A DNA stretch of 64,000 bases from Nitrososphaerales archaeon (GCA_030039795.1 JASHUU010000051.1:24028-88027), one strand, 5' to 3'; positions 17,519 through 25,861 are shown, counted from the first letter of the stretch. Numbers and translations: made by a program. Notes: generated by a model not told the origin, from the sequence alone.

Positions 17519-17626
17519 CGGTAGGCCACGCCTTTCCGTCGCCTGGTGATAAAGAGTGACGCCCTCGGCGGGGGAAGCGCGGCTTTGGAGCCGCAGTGAG
17601 TGGCCGTCTGACCGAAAGCCGGAATA

Positions 17627-17992
17627 ATGGGCTTGTTGTCTCCGCTTGGCATGGTATCAAACGACTTCAGCGTTGCAGTCATGGTCTCGAACGCCAAGCG
17701 GTCCGCGGAGTGGTACCGCGAGATGCTGGAGTTCGAGACGTCAGAAGAGGGTCACTGGGTGACCGCCTGGCCGAAGGGCGCAGGATGGAAGCTCCATCTC
17801 TGTGAGGGAAAACTCGAGCCGGGCAACACGGGGATCGGGTTCTACAGCGAGAATCTCAAAGACGACGTGGCGAAGATGAAGAAGAAGGGAGTAAAGCTCG
17901 CACAGGACTACACTAAGACCGAGTGGGGAGAGGTCGCGAAGATCGAGGACCCGGATGGCAACGTGATCTGGGTCAGTCAGGGAGGACCATGA
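17627..17992 (+). CDS. Glyoxalase/VOC-family protein
   Basis: The 121-aa sequence VSNAKRSAEWYREMLEFE...IEDPDGNVIWV is typical of the vicinal oxygen chelate fold. Confidence 0.7.
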   Translation: MGLLSPLGMVSNDFSVAVMVSNAKRSAEWYREMLEFETSEEGHWVTAWPKGAGWKLHLCEGKLEPGNTGIGFYSENLKDDVAKMKKKGVKLAQDYTKTEWGEVAKIEDPDGNVIWVSQGGP

Positions 17993-18177
17993 GCATGGTC
18001 GGCGGAAACCTGCGGTCTATGTAGCTCACCGATGAGCATTCTCACCTCAGGGCGGGCGTCCCGGCCTTCACTTCGTGGAGTGAAGCGAGATGAAGTAGAA
18101 CGCGTAGAGGCCTATGCCCCGTTGACCATGAAGAGGATTCCGCCGCCGTTGCTGAACGCCGAGCGCCGCTGCAAACG

Positions 18178-18306
18178 CGGGCCTGGTGGGATTCGAATTC
18201 GTGGGCGCTGTTGCGCCTCCCACGACATGCTGGTGACTCCCACTGAGCTAGCTAAGAGCCAGCCGCTTCAGTCGCTTTCGCTCTAACCTGGCTGAGCCAC
18301 AGGCCC
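18178..18306 (-). tRNA. tRNA-Lys(CUU) gene with three introns; the mature form is 75 nt
   Basis: Removing 18264-18278 (15 nt), 18235-18252 (18 nt) and 18198-18218 (21 nt) gives GGGCCUG UG GCUC AGCCAGGUUA GAGC G GCUGG CUCUUAA CCAGC AUGUC GUGGG UUCGAAU CCCAC CAGGCCC G. All four stems are fully paired. U8, G18G19, U33, A37 and the T-loop UUCGAAU are present, and CCA is not encoded. Confidence 0.85.
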
Positions 18307-18330
18307 GCGAATCGGACGCGGTCCATGTCA

Positions 18331-18342
18331 GAATTAAAAACA
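18331..18342 (-). promoter_or_regulatory. TATA-like box (TTTTTAATTC on the minus strand) about 25-35 nt upstream of the tRNA 5' end
   Basis: This A/T-rich element sits in otherwise G+C-rich DNA at the spacing expected for an archaeal promoter. Confidence 0.35.
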
Positions 18343-18444
18343 TTCGTGAACTCAAGCGCCGGCGAACACGCCGAGCCATGGGAGAGAGGAGGACTCGCAT
18401 CTACTCTCGACTTCAAATAAGACCGCCTTGTCCGGCTTCCCACA

Positions 18445-19482
18445 ATGGGAAGCCTGGTCTTCGTGGGCCTGGGGCTCGGCCCCAAGGGGTGCTCCGTCCA
18501 GGGGGTCGAGGAGATGCGCCGGGCCGAAGTCAGGTATCTGGAGTACTACACGTCTCCCCACGAGCCAGAGATGCTGACACAGTTGAGGAAGCTAGGCCTC
18601 GAGATGACCGTCGTGGACAGGGGCTTCGTCGAAGATGGGAGTCGCATCCTGTCAGAGGCCGCGGAGAAGAAGGTCGCGCTCGCCGCATTGGGGGACCCTA
18701 TGATCGCCACGACGCACAACGAGCTCAGGACGCGCGCGATCAAGCTGGGCATAGAGACTCGCGTCATACATGGTGCGACCATCGCCTCGGCCGCCGCAAG
18801 CGCGTCGGGGCTTCACTCCTACAGGTTCTCGAGGACCGTGACTGTGACGAGGGAGTCTGTGAATAGGCTCTCCCAGGCATACCACATCCTCCACGAGAAC
18901 CTGCTCGAAGAGGCCCATACGCTGCTCCTCCTAGAGTACGACGTCCAGTCTGGCGAGGGCGTCTCCCCTGCAGACGCCATGCAAGGGCTGCTCCTCGCCG
19001 AGGCCAACTTCAAGAGAGGCGTGGTCGGCGAGTCCACGTTCGTCCTCGTGCTGTCGAGGCTAGGGAGGGCTGACGCGCGATTGGCGGCGGGAAGCGTCTC
19101 GTCTCTGGCGGGCAGGACCTTCGGCGAGCCGCCTCACTGCATCGTCGTCCCAGGGGCGCTGCACTTCACGGAGAAGGAGGCCGTCGCCGCGATCTTCTCG
19201 CTGGAGGAGGCCAGCGTCCAAGGGAACTCCGGGCCGGTCCTCAGGACCGCCCAGACGCTCGTGCCCAGATACGTCGCCAAGACGAAGCGGGCGCTCGAGC
19301 AGGTGCAGGGGAAGCTCGGGCATGAGTACGACGGCGTCGTTGAGAACGCTGAACTCTACATGAGGGACGCGGAGAGGTTCCTGGCGGAGGGAGAAGACGA
19401 GATGGCCATGCTGAGCGTTGGATACGCCGAGGGCCTCCTCGACTCGCTCTCCTTCTCCGGCGTGGCGAAGCTGGAGTGGTGA
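18445..19482 (+). CDS. dphB: Diphthine synthase with an extra C-terminal helical domain of about 85 aa
   Basis: LVFVGLGLG...YLEYYTS...ALGDPMIATTH...IHGATI...PPHCIVVPG is the tetrapyrrole-methylase-fold diphthine synthase. The ORF is 345 aa, versus about 260 aa for the typical enzyme. Confidence 0.85.
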   Translation: MGSLVFVGLGLGPKGCSVQGVEEMRRAEVRYLEYYTSPHEPEMLTQLRKLGLEMTVVDRGFVEDGSRILSEAAEKKVALAALGDPMIATTHNELRTRAIKLGIETRVIHGATIASAAASASGLHSYRFSRTVTVTRESVNRLSQAYHILHENLLEEAHTLLLLEYDVQSGEGVSPADAMQGLLLAEANFKRGVVGESTFVLVLSRLGRADARLAAGSVSSLAGRTFGEPPHCIVVPGALHFTEKEAVAAIFSLEEASVQGNSGPVLRTAQTLVPRYVAKTKRALEQVQGKLGHEYDGVVENAELYMRDAERFLAEGEDEMAMLSVGYAEGLLDSLSFSGVAKLEW

Positions 19483-20081
19483 CAGTGGACGACAGGCACG
19501 TCCTAGGGGCGGTCTTCGCGGTGGCGCTGAAAGGAAGTGCGACCCAGGCGGCGGTCGCCAGGCGTCTCGGAGTAGACGACGAGCACATCAGGAAGGCCTT
19601 CAAGAGGCTCAAGGACGAGGGACGGCTCGTCGCCTCGGGACGTATCCTCTCCCTGACGGAGAAAGGCAGGAGGTCGATAAAGGTGGTCTTCATCGGCGGC
19701 GGCTTCGAGGTGATTCATCCCGGTCACCTGCACACCATAGAGAGCGCGAAGAAGCTGGGCGACGTGCTCGTCGTAGCCGTTGCGACGGACAGCACCATAA
19801 GGAGGAGGAAGAAGAGAGAGCCCGTCTCCACGCAGGAGGTAAGGGCGAGGCTCCTGTCGTCCTTAAGGCAGGTGGACGCGGCCTTGGTGGGGTCCGAGGG
19901 AGACATCTACGAGACGCTGGAGAAGGTGCGCCCCGACGTGGTGGCGCTCGGCTATGACCAGTATCACATGGAAGGGGAAGTGGCAAAGGAGGCTGCCAAG
20001 AGAGGGATGAGAGTCAAGGTCGTCAGGCTCGACTCGCCAGAGCCCGACCTCAAGACAAGCGCGCTCCTCGCGGAGTACTAA
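19476..20081 (+). CDS. ribL: Winged-HTH domain fused to a cytidylyltransferase-like FAD synthase (RibL-type)
   Basis: The N-terminal roughly 60 aa (TQAAVARRLGVDDEHIRKAFKRLKDEGRL) look like a wHTH. The C-terminal part carries FIGGGFEVIHPGHLHTIESAKKLGD. The GTG start overlaps the dphB stop by 7 nt. Confidence 0.7.
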   Translation: MVTVDDRHVLGAVFAVALKGSATQAAVARRLGVDDEHIRKAFKRLKDEGRLVASGRILSLTEKGRRSIKVVFIGGGFEVIHPGHLHTIESAKKLGDVLVVAVATDSTIRRRKKREPVSTQEVRARLLSSLRQVDAALVGSEGDIYETLEKVRPDVVALGYDQYHMEGEVAKEAAKRGMRVKVVRLDSPEPDLKTSALLAEY

Positions 20082-20707
20082 GCCCTGCCCTTGGCCAGCT
20101 TCCGCTCGAGGCGCGCCATCGACCTGTTCACCTCCTCCCGCCTCGTCTCCTCAGCCAGGAGACCGCGCGTGTCCTCTACCAGCATCCTCGCCACGTCAAT
20201 CTTCCGCCTGGCGCCGTTGGCCACGTGGTCGAAGACCGCCAGGGGAGAGCACGCCGCGTAGATGCCCTCCATGGTCTCGAAGTACCGCCTCGCTTCGGCG
20301 AGCCTCCGGCGCATGATTGAGTCGAGCACGAGCCTCTTGAGCTCGCCTACGGTGTCCAGCAGCCCCAGCAGGTACGCCTCCGGCGAAGCGTTCAGGCTAC
20401 GCATGGACGGCACCGGCTTCCCTCGCGCGAGGGACATCACGGCCGATGCCTCGACGAGCTCCGCTTCGGGAGACACGAGATATCGAGAGACAGGTCCGTC
20501 CCCTGTCTTCTTCAGCTTCTGCATGAGCGACCGCGCTGTCGCCAGCTCCTTCTCTGCCTCCTTCATCCGCCTTGTGTGGACCGCGATTATCGCCTTCGAC
20601 GAAGCAGATATCACGTCCCTGCTGTCCTTGAGGACCCTCTCCCTCCTCTCCAACTGGCCTGAGAGATAGCCCTCTACATCCTGGACCGACCGCTTGATTT
20701 CCTCCAT
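20078..20707 (-). CDS. Translin-family protein
   Basis: MEEIKRSVQDVEGYL...EAYLLGLLDTVGELKRLVLD...NGARRKIDVARMLVEDTR resembles the archaeal/eukaryotic translin signature (GL.D..GEL.R). The start was chosen at M53 of the track ORF to avoid overlap with the divergent gene. Confidence 0.55.
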   Translation of the reverse strand: MEEIKRSVQDVEGYLSGQLERRERVLKDSRDVISASSKAIIAVHTRRMKEAEKELATARSLMQKLKKTGDGPVSRYLVSPEAELVEASAVMSLARGKPVPSMRSLNASPEAYLLGLLDTVGELKRLVLDSIMRRRLAEARRYFETMEGIYAACSPLAVFDHVANGARRKIDVARMLVEDTRGLLAEETRREEVNRSMARLERKLAKGRA

Positions 20708-20735
20708 CGCTCCTGTTGCAGTCCCCGGGGTAGCC

Positions 20736-21713
20736 ATGATAAGTCTACTCGTGCCGGGGTCGGAGGCCGGATGGCGAGTCTCGTTGGATAGGAAGTTCGG
20801 GGTCGCGCTGTCGCAGACTGCCATAGCGGCGGCTCTCTGGGGGACGTCATTCCCAGTGATCACTGTCGGACTAGAAGGCGGCCTGAGCCCCGTTTCGTTC
20901 CTGTTCTACAGGCTCGCCCTCGCCGTCCCGGTGATGCTGGGCGCCGCGGCGCTCGCGGGAAAGAAGGTCCTGCCGCTCATGCGGAGCAGGGCGGTCTGGA
21001 TAATCGGGTTCACGAACGCCGTGGCCTTCCTCTGCCAGTTCGTTGGGCAGGAGTACACAAGCGCGTCTGTCGCGGCGCTCCTAGTGAACCTGTCGGTGGT
21101 GGTGGCCGCGGTAGGAGGAGTGCTCTTCCTCGGCGAGAGGGTTGGCGCGGTGAAGGCCGCGGGAGTGGCTGCCGCCTTGGCGGGGACCGTGCTGGTCACC
21201 ACGAACGGGAGCCTGCAGGGCATCGGCGGCGGGCGTCTCCTCGGCGACCTGCTCTACTTCATAGCCGCGGCGTCGTGGGGAGGCTATATCGTCTATGCAA
21301 AGAAGAAGACTGACGAACTCCAGTGGGACCCCTTCTCTCTGGCCGTGTGCGTTGTCGTCGTCAGCGCGCTGCTGGTCCTCCCCGTGGCCCTCGTCCTAGG
21401 CAGCGCGCCGCCTGTGGGTCTCACGCCTCTGCTGGCGGTGGCCTACACGGCCGTCTTCAACACCGCGATCCCGTACGTCCTCTACCAGCAGGGTTTGAAG
21501 CGCCTCTCGGCGGTGGTGTCGGCCGTGGTGCTCACGCTGGAGATAGTCGTAGCGCTAGCTGTCTCCGCGGTCTTCCTCGGAGAGTCGTTGACCGCCTTTG
21601 CCTGGTCGGGCGCGCTCCTGATCCTCGCTTCAATAGTCATGGTCTCGGCGACCGGGACAGGACGGGTCTCGGGGCTGCGGCGCGGCCCTCACCAAGAACG
21701 TCGCCCCGCTTAG
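20736..21713 (+). CDS. EamA/DMT-family transporter
   Basis: The sequence has about ten hydrophobic helices and a two-repeat EamA-like architecture. The start codon is uncertain. Confidence 0.75.
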   Translation: MISLLVPGSEAGWRVSLDRKFGVALSQTAIAAALWGTSFPVITVGLEGGLSPVSFLFYRLALAVPVMLGAAALAGKKVLPLMRSRAVWIIGFTNAVAFLCQFVGQEYTSASVAALLVNLSVVVAAVGGVLFLGERVGAVKAAGVAAALAGTVLVTTNGSLQGIGGGRLLGDLLYFIAAASWGGYIVYAKKKTDELQWDPFSLAVCVVVVSALLVLPVALVLGSAPPVGLTPLLAVAYTAVFNTAIPYVLYQQGLKRLSAVVSAVVLTLEIVVALAVSAVFLGESLTAFAWSGALLILASIVMVSATGTGRVSGLRRGPHQERRPA

Positions 21714-21844
21714 AGTTTATCAAGCCAGAAAGTGCCGGTCTTATGCGTCGGATGACAGAAGGGGCACTGCCGTGACCGCTGCCGGGGTGAGACCTCTTTC
21801 CGAACCATAACTACGTCTCGGGCCGAGCAAGAGAGTACAGGACG

Positions 21845-22102
21845 ATGGAGATCCTCAGGAAGCAGGGGTGGATGGTCTCCAGGAGCGCGGCCTCCCATGG
21901 CGCGGTCGACGTCTTCGCCGCCAAGGACGGCAGGGTGTTACTGGTGCAGGTGAAGAGCGGCAGGGCGAGGGCGTCCAAGCAGGAGCTTGAGGAGCTCTCT
22001 CGTTGGGGGGAGAGCTGCAACGGCGACGCCGAGGTGTGGCACTTCAGAGGAAGGGGGACGCTCACGAAGAGGCGGGTCTACGCCGCCAGGAGGGGCGGAT
22101 GA
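21845..22102 (+). CDS. Short Hjc-like (PD-(D/E)xK fold) protein, probably degenerate
   Basis: ILRKQGWMVSRSAASHGAVDVFAAKDGRVLLVQVKSG aligns with Hjc (L..GF.V.RSAGS..VD..A....IEVK), but reads QVK instead of EVK. The segment GRAREYRT, which carries the first catalytic Glu, lies upstream of the only start codon. Confidence 0.45.
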   Translation: MEILRKQGWMVSRSAASHGAVDVFAAKDGRVLLVQVKSGRARASKQELEELSRWGESCNGDAEVWHFRGRGTLTKRRVYAARRGG

Positions 22103-22266
22103 AGCCGAAGTGTTTCTTCTGCGACACAGAGCTCGAGGTGGTCCTGCACGTCTTCAGGGTGGGTCCGAAGGATGAGCCGGTGTGCGAGGAGTGCAATACG
22201 AAGACGGTCAACAGGCGGGCCGCCAGAGAAGAGGAAGGCACGAAGGGGGCCGCTGGCTCAGGCTGA
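22099..22266 (+). CDS. Small (55 aa) zinc-ribbon protein
   Basis: MKPKCFFCDTELE...EPVCEECNTK contains CxxC...CxxC. Its ATG overlaps the stop of the Hjc-like ORF (ATGA). Confidence 0.4.
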   Translation: MKPKCFFCDTELEVVLHVFRVGPKDEPVCEECNTKTVNRRAAREEEGTKGAAGSG

Positions 22267-22617
22267 GGCGCAGGCGCGCTCGAGCTGCCTAAGCAGCGCA
22301 GAGCACTCCGTGAAGCCGTCATCATCGTCGCCCAGCTCGTAGCACTCGAGCGCCCGCTCGTACTCCTCCAGCGCAGAGAGCGCCTTCAGGGTGGGCTTGG
22401 AGCTAGGCTCCGCAAGTATCATCTTTCCCGCCGCCTCGTACCAGTTCGCCGCGTCGTGGTACTGCTCGAGCTGGAAGAAGCATCTGGCGATCTCCTCACA
22501 CGCGTCGACTTTCGCATGCGCCGCCGGGAATCCCTCTAGCTGTTCCTTGAGCTTGTACACGGCAGCGTTCCCGCTGTGCATCTTGTCGAACCCGAATCTG
22601 GACGCGAAGTCCTCCAT
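22258..22617 (-). CDS. Helical, TPR-like hypothetical protein
   Basis: The 119-aa sequence contains ARCFFQLEQYHDAANWYEAAG and ALEEYERALECYE helix-pair patterns. Confidence 0.4.
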   Translation of the reverse strand: MEDFASRFGFDKMHSGNAAVYKLKEQLEGFPAAHAKVDACEEIARCFFQLEQYHDAANWYEAAGKMILAEPSSKPTLKALSALEEYERALECYELGDDDDGFTECSALLRQLERACASA

Positions 22618-22678
22618 GTCGGATGTGAGCGCGACGGTCCGCTAATAGGAGGGTGCTCTAGTTTTGTTGAGCATGGAA

Positions 22679-23218
22679 TCAAGCAAGGAGGCGCCTGGTC
22701 TCGGTCGCCGCGTTTTCAGCCTCTCGGAGCTTCCTCCGCGCGACCGCGTCGCCGAATCGCATCTTCTCGTCGCGCGAGGTGAGGACGAGCTTGGGGATGG
22801 GGATCGGCTTGCCCTTCTTGTCCAGGGCGACGTAGGTCAGGTAGCATGAGCCTGTGTGCGTCTGCTTCCCGGTCCTGACATCGTGTGCTTCTATCCTTAC
22901 TCCCACCTCCATGGACGTGGTGCCCACATAGTTCACCGACGCCTTGAGAATGAGCACGTTGCCCACGTACACGGGGGCGTAGAAGTTCATCCTGTCGATG
23001 GACGCGGTGACGCAGTTCGTCTCGGCGTGGCGCCAGGCCACGATGCCGGCGATCTCGTCCATGTACTTCATTATAGCGCCGCCGAAGACGTTCCCCATCA
23101 CGTTTGCGTCCATGGGCATCATCAGCCTCGCGGTCGACATGGCGGATTCCGAGGGCCGCTTACCCTGGGGCCTTGGCATTCGTCTCGCGAAGTTCCCGGA
23201 AGTTGATAAAGTTGACAC
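22679..23218 (-). CDS. Acyl-CoA thioesterase (hotdog fold, YciA/BFIT type)
   Basis: Contains MPMDANVMGNVFGGAIMKYMDEIAG...SIDRMNFYAPVYVGN. Confidence 0.8.
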   Translation of the reverse strand: MSTLSTSGNFARRMPRPQGKRPSESAMSTARLMMPMDANVMGNVFGGAIMKYMDEIAGIVAWRHAETNCVTASIDRMNFYAPVYVGNVLILKASVNYVGTTSMEVGVRIEAHDVRTGKQTHTGSCYLTYVALDKKGKPIPIPKLVLTSRDEKMRFGDAVARRKLREAENAATETRRLLA

Positions 23219-23244
23219 CGGAGCTTCGTGGCGGCGGGCCTAAG

Positions 23245-23847
23245 ATGATGGTGAGGCAGATAGCGGTCGGGCCGATGGCCAACTTCACCTATCTGGTGGT
23301 GGAGGAGGCCAGCAAAGAGGCCATGGTCGTCGACTCCGGGTGGGAGACGGAGCCGATTGTGAAGGCCGTCGACGAGGCAGGGGCGAAGGTCGCGTACGTG
23401 GTCGCCACCCACGGCCACTTCGACCATGTGTCCACCCTCGGGAAGCTCGCACGGCAGCTCGGCGCGGAGACTGTCGTGCATGAGAGCTCGAGGGCGGACG
23501 CAGACCTGAAGGTCGGAGACGGGAGCGAGCTCGGTCTTGGGTCCGGCAAGGTGCGGGTCCTCCACACGCCGGGGCACACCCCGGACAGCGTCTGCCTGTA
23601 CGACGACGCCCATGTCTTCACCGGCGACACGCTCTTCGTCGGTTCCATCGGCAGGTTCGAGAGCGAGTCGGCAGAGGAGATATTCACCAGCATCCACAGG
23701 GTCATCCTCCGGCTGCCGCTATCCACCATGATGTACCCCGGCCATGACTACGGCGAGGTCAAGTGCAGGACTCTGGAGGAGGAGTCGAGGTCGAACCCGT
23801 TCCTTGTCGCCAGGGACTTTACGAGCTTCGCTTCACTCTTCGCGTGA
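23245..23847 (+). CDS. MBL-fold hydrolase (glyoxalase II-like)
   Basis: Contains the ATHGHFDHV motif and TPGHTPDS. The start was set at MMVRQIAVGP. Confidence 0.8.
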   Translation: MMVRQIAVGPMANFTYLVVEEASKEAMVVDSGWETEPIVKAVDEAGAKVAYVVATHGHFDHVSTLGKLARQLGAETVVHESSRADADLKVGDGSELGLGSGKVRVLHTPGHTPDSVCLYDDAHVFTGDTLFVGSIGRFESESAEEIFTSIHRVILRLPLSTMMYPGHDYGEVKCRTLEEESRSNPFLVARDFTSFASLFA

Positions 23848-24802
23848 GTATCGACGCGAGGAGGTCCAGGGATATGTTGCCACCGCTGACCACCAGTACG
23901 ACCTTCTCGCACTTCTCCTCCTTGAGCGGCCCTTTCATCGCCGCCAGCGGGGCCGCGCCGGCAGGCTCGGACAGCACGCGGGCGAGGCTCAGCAGGTCGT
24001 AGACCGAGTCCTCGATCTGGGAGTCCGTCACGAGTCCTATCTTGTCGACATACTCTCTGGCTGCATCGAGGGTCAGGCGGCCCGGCGTGGAGGCCTGCAT
24101 GCCGTCTGCTATGGTTTTGGAGGGTGTCACCTTGACCCTCCGGCCCCTCTTGACCGACTCGAACATCGAGGGGATCGCGACAGTTTCCGCGCCGTACACA
24201 GCCGGCCGCCCCAAGGACTCTTTGATGGCGAGCGCGGTCCCTGCGATGAGCCCGCCCCCGCCTATGGCCACGACGGCGGCGTCGAGGTCGGGCAACTGCC
24301 TGGCGATCTCCAGCCCGCACGTGCCTTGCCCAGCTATTATGTCGCGGTCGTCAAACGCGTGTATGAACGTCAGCCCCCGCTTCCTGGCAATCGAGAGGGC
24401 GTCGGCGTATGTCTCGTCGTATCCGCCGCCTGAGCGGATCACCTCAGCCCCCTCCTCCTTGATCGCCTTGAGCTTCTGGGGGTTGACGCTCTCCGGGACG
24501 CAGATGGTGGCCCTTACCCCGAAGAGACGCGACACGTACGCAATCGCGAACCCATGGTTGCCCGACGACGCGGTGATGACGCCCCTCCTAAGCTCGGACT
24601 CCCCCAAGGAGAGTAGCTTGTTGAGCGCGCCGCGGATCTTGAAGACGCGAATCGGCTGGAAGCACTCCAGCTTGAGGTATGCGTCCCGCCCCAGGAGGTC
24701 GGAGATGCCCTTTGAGCGCTCGAGCGGGGTGGGCGCGATGTACTTCCTTATCCGGGACTCGGCCATCTCCACCTCCTTCAGGCTCGGGAGTGCACCGCCC
24801 AT
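23819..24802 (-). CDS. Threonine dehydratase / serine racemase-like PLP enzyme
   Basis: Contains LKLECFQPIRVFKIRGA (PLP lysine), SSGNHG and GGGGLIAG. The ATG overlaps the FEN1 stop (TGATG). Confidence 0.8.
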   Translation of the reverse strand: MGGALPSLKEVEMAESRIRKYIAPTPLERSKGISDLLGRDAYLKLECFQPIRVFKIRGALNKLLSLGESELRRGVITASSGNHGFAIAYVSRLFGVRATICVPESVNPQKLKAIKEEGAEVIRSGGGYDETYADALSIARKRGLTFIHAFDDRDIIAGQGTCGLEIARQLPDLDAAVVAIGGGGLIAGTALAIKESLGRPAVYGAETVAIPSMFESVKRGRRVKVTPSKTIADGMQASTPGRLTLDAAREYVDKIGLVTDSQIEDSVYDLLSLARVLSEPAGAAPLAAMKGPLKEEKCEKVVLVVSGGNISLDLLASILTRRVKRSS

Positions 24803-25824
24803 CAGCCGAACCACTTCTCCAGCGTCTCTGACTCGTCCGACTTCGAGCGGAGCCTCTCGAGGGCCGACTCCACGCGCTCGCGCGAGAACGAGTGCTCGCC
24901 CACCAGGAAGGAGACGACCGCCTCTCTGTCGACCCTTCCCCACTCGGGCTTGACGTTCTTGACGGCGGGCGCATGAAGGTAAAAGTCTCTGACATCCTGG
25001 TACCTCACGTTTCCCAGCGCGTCGGCCAGCTCGGGTATGTCCTCGAGCCTGCCGTAGCTCTTCAGGTACTTCAGCGCAGTGACAGGCCCCACTCCCTCGA
25101 AGCCGTCGGGGTTGAAGTCTGTCCCGAGGAGTATCGCGAAGTCGACGAGCTGTTCTCGGCTGAGCCCCGTAGAGGAGAGCGTGGACTGCAGGTCGATGCG
25201 CTCAGGCTGGACGTTGATGACGATGTTCTTGCTGGGGAGCCGCCTCCGGCCCGAGATCGTCACGTTTCTCACGAGCACGGGGGCGCCGAAGACGAGCGAG
25301 TCGTGGTCCTGAGAGGCGACCGCGTTCACGGTTCCTTCGGCGGCCATCACGGCAGCCTGAGCCTCCCCTTCGGAGGGGGCGTCGACCCACGGTATCCCCA
25401 TGGCGTCGAGGAGCCCCTTCGCGTCCGAGACCATGTCCCTCCTCAGCACGGTCGAAGCCTCCGCATACTTCCGCGCCTGAGGCATGTCGCCTGTCTGGAG
25501 GGCCTTCAGGTACCTGTCCTTGGCTTCGCTGCGCGCAGCGGAGCGCCTCTGTATCTCCTCGGTCTTCAGCTCCGGGGGCTTGCCGTCGAAGACGTAGACC
25601 AGCTTGATGCCCAGCTCGAGGAGGTTGACATTCCGGTAGAAGAGCCCGGATATGTGGGAGGTGACCCGTCCCTTCGAGTCCTTGAGGTGGCTCCCGTCCA
25701 TCCCCCTGATTATGGCCAGGAACTGGTAGAGCGCGTTGTAGCCGTCGACCGCGAGCCTCCACCCTGAGATGTCTTCGAGCTTGATCTTCTCTCGGGGGAT
25801 CGAGTCGCCGAAGTCGACGCCCAT
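24802..25824 (-). CDS. fen: Flap endonuclease 1
   Basis: Contains AVDGYNALYQFL, VYVFDGKPPELK, APSEGEAQAA, SQDHDSL and GTDFNP. Confidence 0.95.
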   Translation of the reverse strand: MGVDFGDSIPREKIKLEDISGWRLAVDGYNALYQFLAIIRGMDGSHLKDSKGRVTSHISGLFYRNVNLLELGIKLVYVFDGKPPELKTEEIQRRSAARSEAKDRYLKALQTGDMPQARKYAEASTVLRRDMVSDAKGLLDAMGIPWVDAPSEGEAQAAVMAAEGTVNAVASQDHDSLVFGAPVLVRNVTISGRRRLPSKNIVINVQPERIDLQSTLSSTGLSREQLVDFAILLGTDFNPDGFEGVGPVTALKYLKSYGRLEDIPELADALGNVRYQDVRDFYLHAPAVKNVKPEWGRVDREAVVSFLVGEHSFSRERVESALERLRSKSDESETLEKWFG

Positions 25825-25861
25825 AGCTGGGTCCGGGACGCCCCTCGGCCGATTTATCCGT

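Noticed and set aside
18235-18270. Alternative fold of the tRNA using GCUGG/CUAGC as the anticodon stem, with an intron at 43/44
   Set aside because: That stem needs a G-U pair, and I could not build a 4-bp central helix for the junction. The GCUGG/CCAGC stem with a canonical 37/38 intron gives a perfect stem, a CUCUUAA loop and a proper bulge-helix-bulge.
18032-18485. Track ORFs 18032..18286 (+) and 18252..18485 (-)
   Set aside because: They overlap the tRNA-Lys gene and its promoter, and they have no protein-like features.
20079-20081. Genome-wide reassignment of TAA, prompted by the in-frame TAA codons in sufS and in the ORF at 51607
   Set aside because: TAA terminates ribL at a natural C-terminus (…LLAEY*). 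It also ends the ORFs at 12361 and 51208. Two cases are too few, and both have simpler explanations.
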